A stretch of 64,000 bases of DNA from the human T2T-CHM13v2.0 reference genome, Homo sapiens. The notes under the pieces were generated by a model. The model worked only from the letters and a program-made list of their open reading frames with translations. It had not been told where the DNA came from and did no database searches. The DNA lies in NCBI RefSeq assembly GCF_009914755.1, contig NC_060926.1; one strand, 5' to 3'. Shown here piece after piece: positions 1 to 14,659 of the stretch. The position numbers were made by a program, and so were the translations under genes. Each line of letters begins with the position of its first letter. The first letter of the stretch is position 1.

Positions 1-564
1 ACGTATGTCTTACGAAGACATCTGGGGTACTTGCTCCTTCCTGCTCGACAGGTCCAACGTCACAGAACAGTGTGATGTCCTGAGGAGGCTCAAAAGAATC
101 AAGATCCCTGCAGACCAGATTATGGCAAGAACAGAAAAAATCACATGGCCAGGGTATTACGCTGACTTCTTGAGAGCAAGGACTTCTTTCTCACCAAGTT
201 GATTCATTTAGATTTGATATATAAAAATCACATGAATTCATTTTGTTAACAAGAATGTGATCCAAAAATGTCTTTTTCAAGTCAATGCTATTCTTCAGCA
301 GCATCTGTTTAATTGAAAGCAAGTGAAGAAATCTGAATAATCGTGAATTCTCTGCCAGATGGCAATCATCACCCAAATTTGTGTTAGGCACCCATTATAC
401 GAGTAGCAAATAAATGCATTCAGAGGGTCACTTTTCATTGAGCGACTAGTGCTTCAACTTTGCCCATCATAAGCAACTGTCAACAGTTCCGAGTGAGCCG
501 AAGGCATTTATGACACTAGTTTGTGAGGCTATCTTGACTGCATTATTCTTTCCCTCACTGACCT

Positions 565-1410
565 GCGGCAGAGACTGCTAGTTGTCCCCAGACATATTAG
601 TTAAGATGGGCTAAGTCATGTTGCAGTAAAAATTAACTTCAAATAAATCTCAGTGCTTTGATACAGTTCATGTTGCATGTAGATTGGCAGAGGCTCCATT
701 CCCATTCAGTCTCTGAGGGATCCACGTCAGTGGAGGCTGCAGTGCCTTGTAGCTACATCTGGAACCTGTGGCTTCCTTGGCTGCCTTGGCAGGGGAGAGC
801 TACTGGAGACTATAATCTTGTCACCACGTGTCACCTCCCGTCATAGCCAACTGGCTAGAACACACCAGATGGCCTCACTAATAGGTTCCATCTTTTGGTT
901 CCCAGAAGGGGAGGGGAACCAGAACTTGATAGACACTTGAGTATCTACCATATCCAGTTCCTATTCTTCCCTTCTTGAATAGCAACAGAATTCTCGGTCG
1001 TTAGCTGGGCACGTGGCTGTCCCTCCCTCCTCTAAACACGACATTTCTAAGTCTAAGTGGCTAAACTGTGACCAATGGATGTCAGTTAAAAGTGTGGTCA
1101 CAACCTGCTGGAAGTGTCCTTAAGGACAGGAATTGTACCCTTCTTCTCCTTCTTCATCCTTCCTGCTGGCTAGCATGTAAATAATACGTACTATTATGGG
1201 GTGGGCTCCAGCAGCTCCCTTGGATTTTGAAGTGACCTTGGGAATGGAAGCCAAGCATGAAGAACCAATACCTGGAAGGGGCCTTGGTTCCTGACCTCTT
1301 GGAGAACAATACCAACTCGGGACTGTCTCCTTCCTAAATGTGTGAGAGAAATAAACTTCTGTCTTGTTTAAGCCACCGTTGTGTGTTGTGTGCAGCTGAA
1401 TTTAATCCTT
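565..1410. mobile_element. Old MaLR LTR fragments (MLT1J/K-like, apparently nested)
   Basis: Ends with the MLT1-type tail gagagaaataaacttctgtcttgtttaagccac. Confidence 0.5.
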
Positions 1411-1644
1411 ACTAATATGGAGCCCCAGTGTAAAGTCTGTTCCGGATTCTTTTCTCAATAAGTAATATCCCTCTTCCCCTTCCATGGTCGGAATCAACTG
1501 ATAGACATAAAAAGATAGAGGTAAAAATCTCCCTGCTATTACTAATAAAGCTGATGGGGATGTGGCTTTAGATTGGTGAGCAAAAGGGCTAGTTAGCACT
1601 TCCTCTTGAAATGGACAGATTATCTGCCTCTGTTACTGACCTAA

Positions 1645-1843
1645 CTTAGGTCTCTTGGCCTCAGCACCATTGGCACGCTGGACCAGGTGACCGTCGCTGG
1701 GTTTATCCTGTACACTAGGTTTAGCAGCATCCCGTCCTCCACTCCTAGATGCCAACAGCACTCCAGTCATGATAATCAAAACTGTCTCCAGACATTGCCC
1801 AGTGTCCTCTGGGGAACAAAATGTCCCCAGCTGAGAACAACTG
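1645..1843 (+). mobile_element. MER20 (hAT-Charlie)
   Basis: tttagcagcatccc...tgtctccagacattgccc...gctgagaacaactg. Confidence 0.8.
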
Positions 1844-2469
1844 GCATAACTGAACAATTGCAGGAGCCCCCCTCAGGTCAATCTAGATGCGTATCTCCAC
1901 AGGCAGGAAATTCCCGAACAGAGGAAAGCCAAAGCCACCAAGCCTTTCATGTCCAGTTCCCTTTTCCATACTCAGAGAAGCCACCCGCTTTGCTTCTAAA
2001 AGAGTGACTGAGGGAGTAGCAGAGGCCAACAGTGTCACTCTAATCCAGGTTCCTCTACACGGAAGCCTAATGCTAGCGTAGTTCTGAAAATGCTCCCTTC
2101 TTTTGTCATTAGCCCTGTGTACAGAGATTCATTTTTCCTGACAGCCTAAATTTTCACAAACATTAGCTAGAAATAATGTGAATGGTTGGATACAATTACC
2201 TTCATTCGAAATAAAAGAATGGGAACTAGAAAGGCTCAATGAGCAAGAATAAAGACATTGGGTCCAGCACTATATTTTTTTAAGGGTGGCTGGCCACTGC
2301 TTTGAGTCCATGTGTTTATCCTGAGAGTCACTGTGGGTGTTTGGAGAAAGGAGGGAGTGTATAGTGTGGGGGTGTGCACACAGGCCCCTCTTCAGCTCTC
2401 TCAAGAGGAGAGCTGCCTGTAGTTACAAGCCCTTGGATCCTTGGATAGAATAAGCTCGGGCCTCAGCAC

Positions 2470-2990
2470 CTCCTTAAACTCTAAAACATTAAACACCCCA
2501 CAAAGCTTTTGTTTATATATGTATTATACTGACTGATATGTAAAGTATTGCACATTAAAACTAGGAAATTATATAAGTATTGCAAATTAAAACTAGGAAA
2601 TTATATAAGTATTTAATCCATCTAAAAATAAAAATAGTAAACACAATACATGTTAAATATTTTTATGGAAAAAACTATGTTTTCCAAGACAAAAACAATT
2701 TAGTGAAGATGACACTATTTTACATTTCACAAATCTCTTAAAGTCTGGCCTAATAGAAGACAGATGGATTTTCCCGTCAGCTTGTGTGAATTCTGCTGTG
2801 ATACGTTTTGGTTTACATACATAAAGAAAAGCCCAGCCTCATATAAATACGTAGTTGGAAAATGGAAAGTTGTTTTAATAGCCTCTTCAGATCCCAAAGG
2901 CCATCCTTCCTTGAAACTACATCAGAACTCGCCAAGTGGTAGCTTCAAGGTGAGTTGCAACCCTCCACCTCTGGGCGCCTTGCCTTCGAG
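2470..2990. mobile_element. Charlie1-like DNA transposon fragment with an internal 32-bp tandem duplication (2543-2613)
   Basis: aatctcttaaagtctggcctaatagaagacag resembles Charlie1; aagtattgcaMattaaaactaggaaattatat occurs twice. Confidence 0.55.
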
Positions 2991-3892
2991 ACCTGTGGTC
3001 TGGGGCTGCTCCTCCGGCTGCGGTGACGGCCACCTTGCCTGACCCATGCCTTGGCTTTGGAGACTCGCATCTCCCAGGCCATACTGTCACTCTTCATCAC
3101 TTCTCCCACTGCTTCTCCTTTATACTGTGTCCCCCTTTCTTCTCTCCCTGTCCTGTCATCCTGGCTCTTTCCTCCTTTTGTTTTTTGCTCCTTTCTTGAC
3201 CTTCTCTCAGCAGATCTTCCCTTGCTTCTCTGGGCCCTCGCCTCCTGTCCTCTGAAGGCCAGGCTGAAAGCCCCAAACATCATCCCTTTCCCACCTGACT
3301 GGAGTGACAATAGGGCCTAAGGCCAACAAGGCACCAGGTCTGTCTTTAGCAGTCAGAGAAACTACAAAAGCAAAACATAAAGCCAGGAGAAGGCACTGCC
3401 TTAATCTGCAGCTAACGCCTGGCAAGGCCGGGGTGCACCGCTTGGAGGGTGGGGTAAGCCAATCCTAATAGAATCAAAAAGCCAACTTCGAAACACTGTA
3501 ATACAATGGGTTGCTTTTAATGACCCAGGTGGTTTTATTCTGATTTTCATTTTTAATTATGTTAATCGAGTGGCCCATTTCTGAGATATGAAGAAACAGT
3601 TTCATGTATGAAAGTGAAACGCTGGTTCTGTCTTAAGCCCCTCAAGCCCTCAGCAGCACCATCATTCACTTGCTAACCTTGGGCATTCACTTGACTCCGC
3701 CAATACATGCATCCCTGGGGCCAAAACCATCAAAAGGGAGGCACAAAAGGAGTCATAGCTGTCTCAAGTACAGGGGGGCTCATCTTTTGCTGAGGCAAAG
3801 GACAATTAGTTAGATGTGCTTTAACTTTTAGCAAAATGCAAATTTGGCAATCGTTTTTTTCATTACAAATTCCGTTAGTTACTGAAGTCATC

Positions 3893-4213
<321 letters not shown>

Positions 4214-4241
4214 TGAAGTCATCTTTTAAAAAAAATTCTCA

Positions 4242-4541
<300 letters not shown>

Positions 4542-4613
4542 TTTCTTGGGAGTTGGGTCGAATGATGTAGTCAGGTCAGGTCACTTACCAACCAGCAACA
4601 ACTTACTGAACAT

Positions 4614-6841
4614 TGTATTAGTCCATTCTCATGCTGCTAATAAAGACATACCCAAGACTGGGTAATTTATAAAGGAAAGAGGTTTAATTGACTCACAGTT
4701 CAGCATGGCTGAGGCCTCAGGAAACTTACAATCATGGTGGAAGGGGAAGCAAACATGTCCTTCTTCACATACTGGCAGGAGAGAGAAGAATGAGAGCCGA
4801 TCCAAGGGGGAAGCCCCTTATAAAAGCATCGGATCTTGTGAGAACTTACTATCACGAGAACAGGATGGAGGAAACAGCCCCCATGATTCAATTTTCTCCA
4901 TCTGGTCCCTCCCACAACATGTGGGGATTATGGGAACTATAATTCAAGATGAGATTGGGGTGAGAACACAGCCAAACCATATCATTCTGTCCCTGGCCCC
5001 TCCCAAATCTCATGTCCTCATAATTCCAAACATAACCCTGCCCTTCCAACAGTCACCCAAAGTCTTAGCTCATTCCAGCATTAACTCAAAACTCCAAGTC
5101 CAAAGTCTCATCTCAGACAAGGCAAGTCCCTTCCACCTATGGGCCTGTAAAACCAAAAGCAAGTTAGTTACTTCCTAGATACAATGGGGGTACAGGGATT
5201 GGGTAAATACACCCGTTCCAAATGGGAGAAATTGGCCAAAACAAAGAGGCTACGGGTGCCATGCAAGTCCGAAATCCAATACGGCAGTCATTAAACCTTA
5301 AAGTTCCAAAATGATCTCCTTTGACTCCGTGTCTCCCATCCAGGTGATGTTGATGCAAGAGGTGGGCTCCCATGGCCTTGGGCAGCCCCACTCCTGTGGC
5401 TTTGCAGGGTATACCCCCACCCCCACCTTGGTTACTTTCACAGGCTGGTGTTGAGTGTCTGGGACTCTTCCGGGTGCACAGTGCAAGCTACCATTCTGGG
5501 GTCTGGAGGACGGTGGCCCTGTTCTCACAGCTCCACCAGGCAGTGCACCAATCGGGACTCTGTGTGGGGGATCCAACCCCGTATTTCCCTTCCACACTGC
5601 CCTAGCAGAGGTTCTCCAGAGAGCGAACTTCTGCCTGGACATCCAGGTGTTTCCATACATCCTCTGAAATCTAGGCAGAGGTTCCCAGACCTTAATTCTT
5701 GACTTCTGTGCACCCATAGGCCCAACACCATGTGTAAGCCAAGGCTTGGGGCTTGCACCCTCTGAAGCAACAGCCTGAGCTTTATGTTGGTCCCTTTTAG
5801 CCAAGGCTGGAGCTGAAGAAGCTAGGATGCAGGGCACCATGTCCCAATGCAGCATAGAGCGGGGGGTGGGGGGGGGGGGCCCTTATAGGCCCCCAGGCTT
5901 GTGATAGGAGGGGCTGCTGGAAGGTCTCTGACATGCCCTGGAGACATCTTCCCCATTCTCTTGGTGATTAACATTTGACGTTACTTATGCAAATTTCTGC
6001 AGCCAGCTTAAATTTCTCCCCAGAAAATGGAGTTTTCTTTTCTATCCCATCATCAGGCTGCAAAATTTTCCAAACTTTTATGCTCTGCTTCCTCTCGAAC
6101 ACTTTGCTGCTTAGAAATTTCTTCTGCCAGATACCCTAACTCATCTCTCTCAAAGTTCCATGCATCTCTACGGCAGGGGCAAAATGCTACCAGTCTCTTT
6201 CCATAGCAAGAGTGACCTTTACTCCCGCTTCCAATAGGTTCTTCATCTCCATCTTGACCACTTCAGCCTGGACTTCACTGTCCATATCACTATCAGCAAT
6301 TTGTCAAAGCTATTCAACAAGTCTCTAGGAAGTTCTAAATGTTTCCCACATTTTCCTGTCTTCTTCTGAACCCTCCAAACTGTTCCAACCTCTGCCTGTT
6401 ACTCAGTTCCAAAGTTGCTTCCACATTTTTGGGTATCTTTACAGCAGCACCCCACTCTCTGTGGTACCAATTTACTGTATTAGTCCATTCTCAAACTGCT
6501 AACAAAGACATACCCAAGGCTGGGTAATTTATAATGGAAACAGATTTAATTGACTCATAGTTCAGCATGGCTGGCTCAGGAAACTTACAATCATGGTGGA
6601 AGAGGAAGCAAATACGTCTTTCTTCATATGGTGGCAGGAGGGAGAATGAGAGCCGAGCGAAGGGAAAAGCCCTCTATTAAACCATTAGATCTCGTGAGAA
6701 CTTACTATCACGAGAACAGGATGTAGGGAAACAGCTCCCATGATTCAGTTATCTCCACCTGGTCCCTCCCACGACACATGGGGATTATGGGAACTGCAAT
6801 TCAAAATGAGACTTGGGTGGGGACACAGCCAAACCCTATCA
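4614..6841 (-). mobile_element. Full-length THE1 (THE1C/D-like) MaLR element: LTR 4614-4984, internal 4985-6475, LTR 6476-6841
   Basis: Two similar ~370-bp LTRs (tgtattagtccattctc...ccaaaccatatca) flanking THE1-int sequence. Confidence 0.92.
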
Positions 6842-8284
6842 TACACTACATTAATATGAGAAATACCTATTAAGACATGACCTTACACTCTGACAACATG
6901 GAATGGCAGCTGGGAACGTAGCCGCAGCAACTTATGAGGAAGGAAGATGGCCACCTGCGTGCTGTGTATAAACTGCATGCAGGGTAGGAGTAAAGGGGAG
7001 GCATGGGTGAAGCCAGGTCCAGAATAGGGATGCGATTTTGAAACACAGAGAACAGGAAGAGGATAGGATAAGAGCAAAGGAAGGGAGATGGGAAAGTTCA
7101 CTGTGTGCTTCAGGTAGCGATGAGACCAATTTACTGGGGTGAAGGTCTGCGAGGCAGGTACCAAGGCAGGATTGGTAAGCAAGCCTTGGGCCCTTCTATA
7201 TCCAGAGTCTGCACTTCGGCCTGAAGGAAACACGGATCGCTCAAGGTTTCTGAAGGAAGAAGCGGTGCGCACAGAGATGGGACAGTGAGGTTGGAAAGGT
7301 TAGGGTTAGTGAGGAGGAGGGGCCCAGAAACGAGTTCATGCTTATTTTATCCGTTTTAAGAATCAGAGACCCAACGCCAGAAGATGGAGTGACTCGAGAG
7401 ATACTTCATTTATAACACACATCTGTAATTTACAAAGGATTTTCGTTTACATGATCTCATTTTACCTTCAGAACAATTTGTAAAGGAGAACATTTGCCAC
7501 ATTCACAAGTTAAGGAACTGCTGCTCAGAAATGATGGTATTACCTTTGGTAAAACCTTTGTTGGTTTTTGGGACACTGCCTTCTCCCTCCCCACCCGCCC
7601 CATTATTCCTTCTCAGGAGACTTCTTCTGTATTTCTCCTTAAATATAGATGCCCTTAGGCCTGCTGTACTCTTTAGATGACCTCTCCTACTCTTGTGGCT
7701 TAAACTATCGCATCTAAACTGACATCTGCCTGACGTACTACACAGCTCAGACTTTTCCGCTGAGCACCTGACCTACATACACACAACAACCTGCTCAACT
7801 CTTGCTTTCATCAAGCATGTCCCAAACCTAAGTTTTACCCTAGGCTTGCTCCTCCTCCTGTATTCCCTATTCTGTCAAACAGTACGACCCACCAGTCCAG
7901 TGATGATCAGCAGTGCCCCCTGCAGCTTTTCTTTGGCTAATTTCAAATAATAAAACAGAGGGAGGAAAAGCATTGAGGCTAACCGCTGGGGGAGGAGCAC
8001 ACTTCATCCCCAGGTGCACAGAAACACACCGGCAGGACTGCTGCAGGAAGGGCTGGTGCTCAGCAGAGGGACAGGACTGGCAAAAGCCACCAGAGCTCAG
8101 AGGTATGTGAATCCTAAACACTCAGCATTATTTTTTAATACTTTGATTTTGGATTCCGATTTTAAATCTTTTTAAACACAGTCTGAATTTGAAGTCGCTT
8201 CAAATATTTCTTTAAAAGCAATATTCAAACGATACAGGAATCTTGTACGATAGACAAACCAAATATTATTATTCTGATCTTACA

Positions 8285-8480
8285 ATTCACTCACTCCACT
8301 CACTTATTTGTTCAGACATTTATTGAGCACTTCTTAAGGGCCAGGCATGGTGTGAGGCACTGGGATGTAACAGTGATTATGACAAAGTCCCTCAAGGAGC
8401 TCACAGTCTAATGGTAAACTACAGAGTAAACTGAGGCACAGAGTGGTAAATGACTTACCCAATGAGGTAGAAACAGCTAG
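8285..8480. mobile_element. L2 3' end plus MIR fragment in the E2F6 3'UTR
   Basis: catttattgagcac...ggagctcacagtcta (L2); aaactgaggcacagag...aaatgacttacccaa (MIR). Confidence 0.7.
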
Positions 8481-8806
8481 GTATGTGAAAATGTGGGAGC
8501 AGAGCTGGAGAGAGGGCAAGGTACAACTTGTCCTAAGTAAAACCCCTTGGACTGACTCAACAGCAAGGCTGCATACACAAACATTACAAAATCTACTTGC
8601 AAAAACCTGAAAGGAGTTTCCAATTATCACCATGACTGAATTCATGTTTCACAATGAATTCAGCTATTTCCTGATGGCATTTCTATCCTTGCCCCCAAAG
8701 CCACTGGGCATGCCACCAGTCTGCTGGGAGACAGCAATTAGGTAGACAGCTTAAAACCAAGAAGTATCTGACTCCAATTTTAGCACTGAAAACCATATTA
8801 AAATAC

Positions 8807-8812
8807 TTTAAT
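8807..8812 (-). terminator. Candidate proximal poly(A) signal ATTAAA in the E2F6 3'UTR
   Basis: ATTAAA on the minus strand followed by U-rich sequence; other candidates are AATAAA at 9399-9404 and 8319-8324 (L2-derived). Confidence 0.5.
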
Positions 8813-9351
8813 TAAATCCACAAACATAAATGTGTAGCACATTTATGATACTTCTACATGTAGAAGTTTGGAAAAAGTCTCTTCTAACCCTCATCCAGAG
8901 GATTCTAATAAGTTATAGATACCAAAGAGATTAGAGAATTTGTCTGTCACTTTCCATATATACATTATTTTGGCTGTACAAGGGTGAAAAGTGTCACTCA
9001 GACATATTTCGTAAGTAATCTCAACATTATACAGATATATACAAAGACATCACATTTAAATTCGTGTGTACATCTATGCAATGTACAACAGTAACTGCAA
9101 ACGTGAACCAGTGTAAGGCAATTTCTTTTGTGATATATGACATACTCCTTGAAGGGAAGGGTAGAGTCCACAAAGAACTGTCCATTTCAGCCTGACTGTC
9201 TGTCTTCATGACACTCTGTGATGAAGCTACTTCAGGAGGCAAGATGTCTATTTCACTGACAAAAAGCAGTGAATAATTATAAAAGGAGTTGTTTTCAAAT
9301 GTGGAAACCACAATTACTCAGTAATCTAAGTGGTGAACTCCTCAAAGACAC

Positions 9352-9359
9352 TACTGGCC
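9352..9359 (-). promoter_or_regulatory. miR-193-3p 8mer seed site (GGCCAGUA) in the E2F6 3'UTR
   Basis: Exact 8mer match; E2F6 is a described miR-193a target. Confidence 0.7.
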
Positions 9360-9486
9360 ATGATGCCGCTACTGAGAACGAGAGCACTTCATGGATAATT
9401 TATTGCTCTGAGAATCAAATTTGATGCGTAATTCTCCACGAAGATATTCCCAAAAAACTCAGTGATACATAAATTCTCAAATGCCA

Positions 9487-9533
9487 TCAGTTGCTTACTT
9501 CAAGCAATTCTTCACTTTGCTGAGGATTTTCTT
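9487..9533 (-). CDS. E2F6: E2F6 coding exon 7 (47 nt to the TGA stop)
   Basis: Acceptor ttccag|AA; EENPQQSEELLEVSN-TGA; exon lengths sum to 846 nt. Confidence 0.95.
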
Positions 9534-9769
9534 CTGGAAAAGAACACGAGAGAGAAATACACCTAAGTGAATACACCTAAGTGAAGGTCTGATAGGCAAA
9601 TACGTAAAAGAATACACAATCTGACTACTTCAGAAAACCCTGAAGATGCCTGGTCAAGAACACGTATTCTCAGGTTAATGGCATAAGGCTAATTTTTTCA
9701 GCCTCTCAAGAATAAACTGGAACTCTAACTTGTACCTGAAAGCACCCGTCCGAGAATGGAGGAAACCTT

Positions 9770-10420
9770 CCCTTATTAGGGCTTTATTAGTTTCTTTTGG
9801 AGCCGTCACGACTCCCCCAGTCTTCGTAATCCTTGTGTCTTTGTGCTGTTGTCTGCATGTGGGCAACAGCCCCCTCTTCTGGTCATTACAGGTATTCTTC
9901 GTCAGTGAAAGCTTCCTATCGGTCCAGCCTGTGGCTCTGCAAGGGCCACCTGAAGACCACCCTGGCCCGCAGTGCTTGTCAAGTTCTCCAGTTGGCTGGG
10001 TCTTTGTTCGGATGTCGGTGGAGCTGTTGGCTGGGTACTGTGATGGCTTCTGCCCAGGCCGGTCACAGGATGCTGGTCCCCTGCTCAGGCAATTCCACTA
10101 TTTGGGATCTGCTGTTGGACAGCACTGCAAGCTGGGTTCCGAGGTTAGATGGAGTCACTGCTCTGGCCAGATGGGTCCAGAGGCGACGTCCTTAGAAATG
10201 TGCAACTGAGGACTGACTCTTGTGGAGTGGGCTGTTGGCTGAGTTGAGTGGGTATTTGACTGCCTGGGTCAAGCAGGTCTAGCCCCTTCCCTTCTCCAAG
10301 ATGTGCAGAAGGGGAAGTCTCCCGGCCAGGTCATGGGCAGGCTCTTTGGCCGAGTGGAGCTGCTGTTTGACTGAAAGCCTGCCCTATTCAGAGACCATCG
10401 CAAGTTGGTATCACCATGGG
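9770..10420 (-). mobile_element. Old L1 (L1M-type) 5'UTR/ORF1-start fragment in E2F6 intron 6
   Basis: Minus-strand peptide QHKDTRITKTGGVVTAPKETNKAL resembles the N-terminus of old L1 ORF1; preceded by GC-rich 5'UTR-like sequence. Confidence 0.6.
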
Positions 10421-10636
10421 ACCAAACAGAATTCTAAGTTTTCACTGCTACCAAAACTACAGAAATTTAACTATAATGTTCACAGAAATATTCTAAACTA
10501 CAGTAAGAGTTATGCTGTAATTTTTTACTCATGTTTTTGTGGCTAGGAAGAGTAAAAATATCTTAAGGCCATAATACACATTAATAAAATTATGCATGCT
10601 TAATTAAAATACTGTCAGAATCACTGGTATATTTAC

Positions 10637-10784
10637 CTTCCTCAGGGCCTTCTGGATGAGTGCTCTCAGATGAAGAGGTCCCGACACCTTCAGACCTTTT
10701 GTTACTGGTCTGACCCTGCTCCACTTCACACAAATAGACATCGATAGGTCCGTTGGTGCTCCTTATGTGCACTGTGATAGAGTC
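10637..10784 (-). CDS. E2F6: E2F6 coding exon 6 (148 nt)
   Basis: DSITVHIRSTNGPIDVYLCEVEQG...EGPEE; acceptor gctag|GAC; donor G|gtaaat. Confidence 0.96.
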
Positions 10785-11722
10785 CTAGCAAAGGACACAG
10801 GAATCGTCAAGATGAATGAAATAATAAATCATATTTTTTCACTCACTAGAACTGCAAAAATTTCGAGACATTTGAGAAAATCACCTTAGCTGTAGTCACA
10901 TTACAGCACTGGCCAATTCCCATGCTGAAGACAGCTACATGTGATCCTGCAGTAATGGCTTCAGAGCTATCATGTGAAAACCTCAGTACTCAAGAGCCTG
11001 TCTTTTTCTACTCAGGAGCTGACCCTTCAAGGAGGCCGTATTTCAGTCAAAAATCAGTGTTTTGATGACACAGAACTCCAGAATACCCTAGAGTCTCACA
11101 GGATAAATATGTGCTTGGATTTCCAGACCAATGAACAGGTCTTGAGATAATGGAAGGGCCATTCTTTTGTCCAGTTGAAAGAACAGGAAAAGATCAAAAT
11201 ATATCTCAAGTAAAATGTCAAAAAAATCGTTTACATTATTTATAAAGGACTAATTAACTCATTATGATATTCACATCCTTTGATTTCAGATTTCCTCAGG
11301 ATTAATCAAAATACTTTTTTTCCGTAAGGTATCAGGCAACTTCAGTGCTTCTACTGGGAATTATGCTAAATTCTTAAGGAACAGCCCCAGTTATAAATGA
11401 TTGCTTTAATTGGGAGCTGCTTCAACTATAACGAAGTCTGTTTTCTCCCCTTTAATGCAGTTAGGCCTGGGCTAGACACACATACACCACTGCTCCCTCC
11501 CACTCCACACCTCATTGTGATCTTATACCAGGGTGAGTCTGTGGAGATGCAGCCTCTCAGACGGTCTCAGAGCCTCACCTGCCCTTGCTATGACTTCCTG
11601 GTACTACAAGTGGGCTAGAGAACATCTGTGCTCAGCTTCTAGAGTGCCAGGTCACAACTGGTTTGAATGATAAATCCTGTACAATTTAATAGATATTTCT
11701 TAACAATAACATTCCACTAAAT

Positions 11723-11940
11723 TAAGTGTTGTCAAACTTCCATAAAGGCTGAGATGGTAAATATTTTTGGCTTTGCAAGTCACACTATCCCTGTCACAAC
11801 CTTTTAACTCTGCCACTATAGTATGAAAGCAGTCAGAAACAATATGTAAACAAATGTGCATGTGGCTGTGTCCTAATCAAATTATTTCTAAGAAAAAGGA
11901 GCAGGCCGGATCTGACCTGAGGGCCAGTTTGCCACCCATC
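11723..11940. mobile_element. MER58A
   Basis: gtaaatatttttggctttgc...aatatgtaaacaaatg...ggccggatctgacctgagggcc. Confidence 0.75.
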
Positions 11941-13021
11941 ACACTAGGTCCCCAGATCTTCACGGTCAGGCTCTGGCCAAGAGGGCCCATGTGCAGAGAC
12001 TTTAAATAGGACTCTAAGAGAAGCCTCAGGTATGATCAAAGGCTCAGCCAGATTTAGCAATTACAGTCTGAAGCAGCTCACAGCATAGGGAAAAGCCAAA
12101 AATCCATTAGTCTCTGCAGAATGAATTATTATGCCCCAAAGTAAAGATGTGTTGATTAGCAGTTTCTTAAAAATAAAACAACTAGGAAACATCACCAAGA
12201 AATCATAACTTGAGTGTGACTGAGGTAAATGAAAGCCAGCCCTTAACCCATACACTGTGGAGTAATACAGGGCTCACTTGAACAGTGGTCTGCTGGGGAC
12301 AAAAGGAAAAACGGGTCAAGAAAATATTCTTCGCTAGGCAGGAGGCAAACCCCCAGGGCAATGCAGAGGGCTGCACTGTGAGCACCGATGGGTCTATCAA
12401 GGCTGTCAGTCTTGAGGATGTGTCCCAAGAATGGCCACATTCCTTGGTTCTGATTCTGTCCTCATCAAGCAGCCTTCTGATGCAATTATCTTTCAATGCA
12501 AATTTTTCTGCAAGGGAAAGAACGCACTGAGCAGCTGGCGGCTGACAAAAATAATGTTCATTTACACAGAAATCCTACTTTTCCATTTTAAATTCAGAAC
12601 CTAGCGTCCTGGTTTATTCATCAGTCTTTCAAGAGTTTGTTAATTCCCCAGTGCCTTGGCTGACACCAGACCTTACTTTTGCAACTTTAAGATGGGCCAA
12701 TTCTTGGTGATTCTTCTAAGAAGCACTGCAGTACAATAGTGAAAAGCAAACTATGAAGCCACACTAACTGGGTTTGAATTCTGGTGATCCTGAAAAAGTT
12801 AACTCATCTTTGTGAGCTTTTGGTTCCTCATCTTTAAGATAATAATGACTACTTGACTTGTGTTAGTTGAAGCAAGTTAAATGTGTGAAGTGCCTTGAGC
12901 AGTATCGGATGTACAGTGCACGTGCACACAACGGCTCTTAAGTATGACTGCAATAAATCACAGCCTAAGCAGTCGGCCCTCATCCCTCTTTAAATCTTTT
13001 TAAAAATGCAGGGTTACCTAC

Positions 13022-13136
13022 TTCTCTGGGAGCTGGAACATCCAATCTGGTTTCTGCTGGAGCTTTAACTGCAATGACGATCTGTTCATGGAAGGCCTGA
13101 ATGCTATGAATGTCTTGATAGGTCACATATGCTAGT
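13022..13136 (-). CDS. E2F6: E2F6 coding exon 5 (115 nt, marked-box region)
   Basis: [38 protein letters not shown]; AC acceptor ttttac|A; donor GAA|gtaggt. Confidence 0.96.

Positions 13137-14659
<1,523 letters not shown>

Noticed and set aside
3207-3425. ORF resembling a signal peptide with a faint AGR2/AGR3-like flavour (also NRLYT at about 1430)
   Set aside because: The hydrophobic stretch is a translated polypyrimidine tract, the ORF starts at TTG, and motif order and spacing do not fit AGR genes.
4688-5855. ORFs of 75-185 aa
   Set aside because: All lie within the THE1 LTR/internal sequence and are degenerate MaLR frames.
12388-12510. Possible cryptic exon in E2F6 intron 5 (cccttgcag| acceptor)
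   Set aside because: Only a weak donor (gtgctc) is available and there is an immediate in-frame stop; not supportable.
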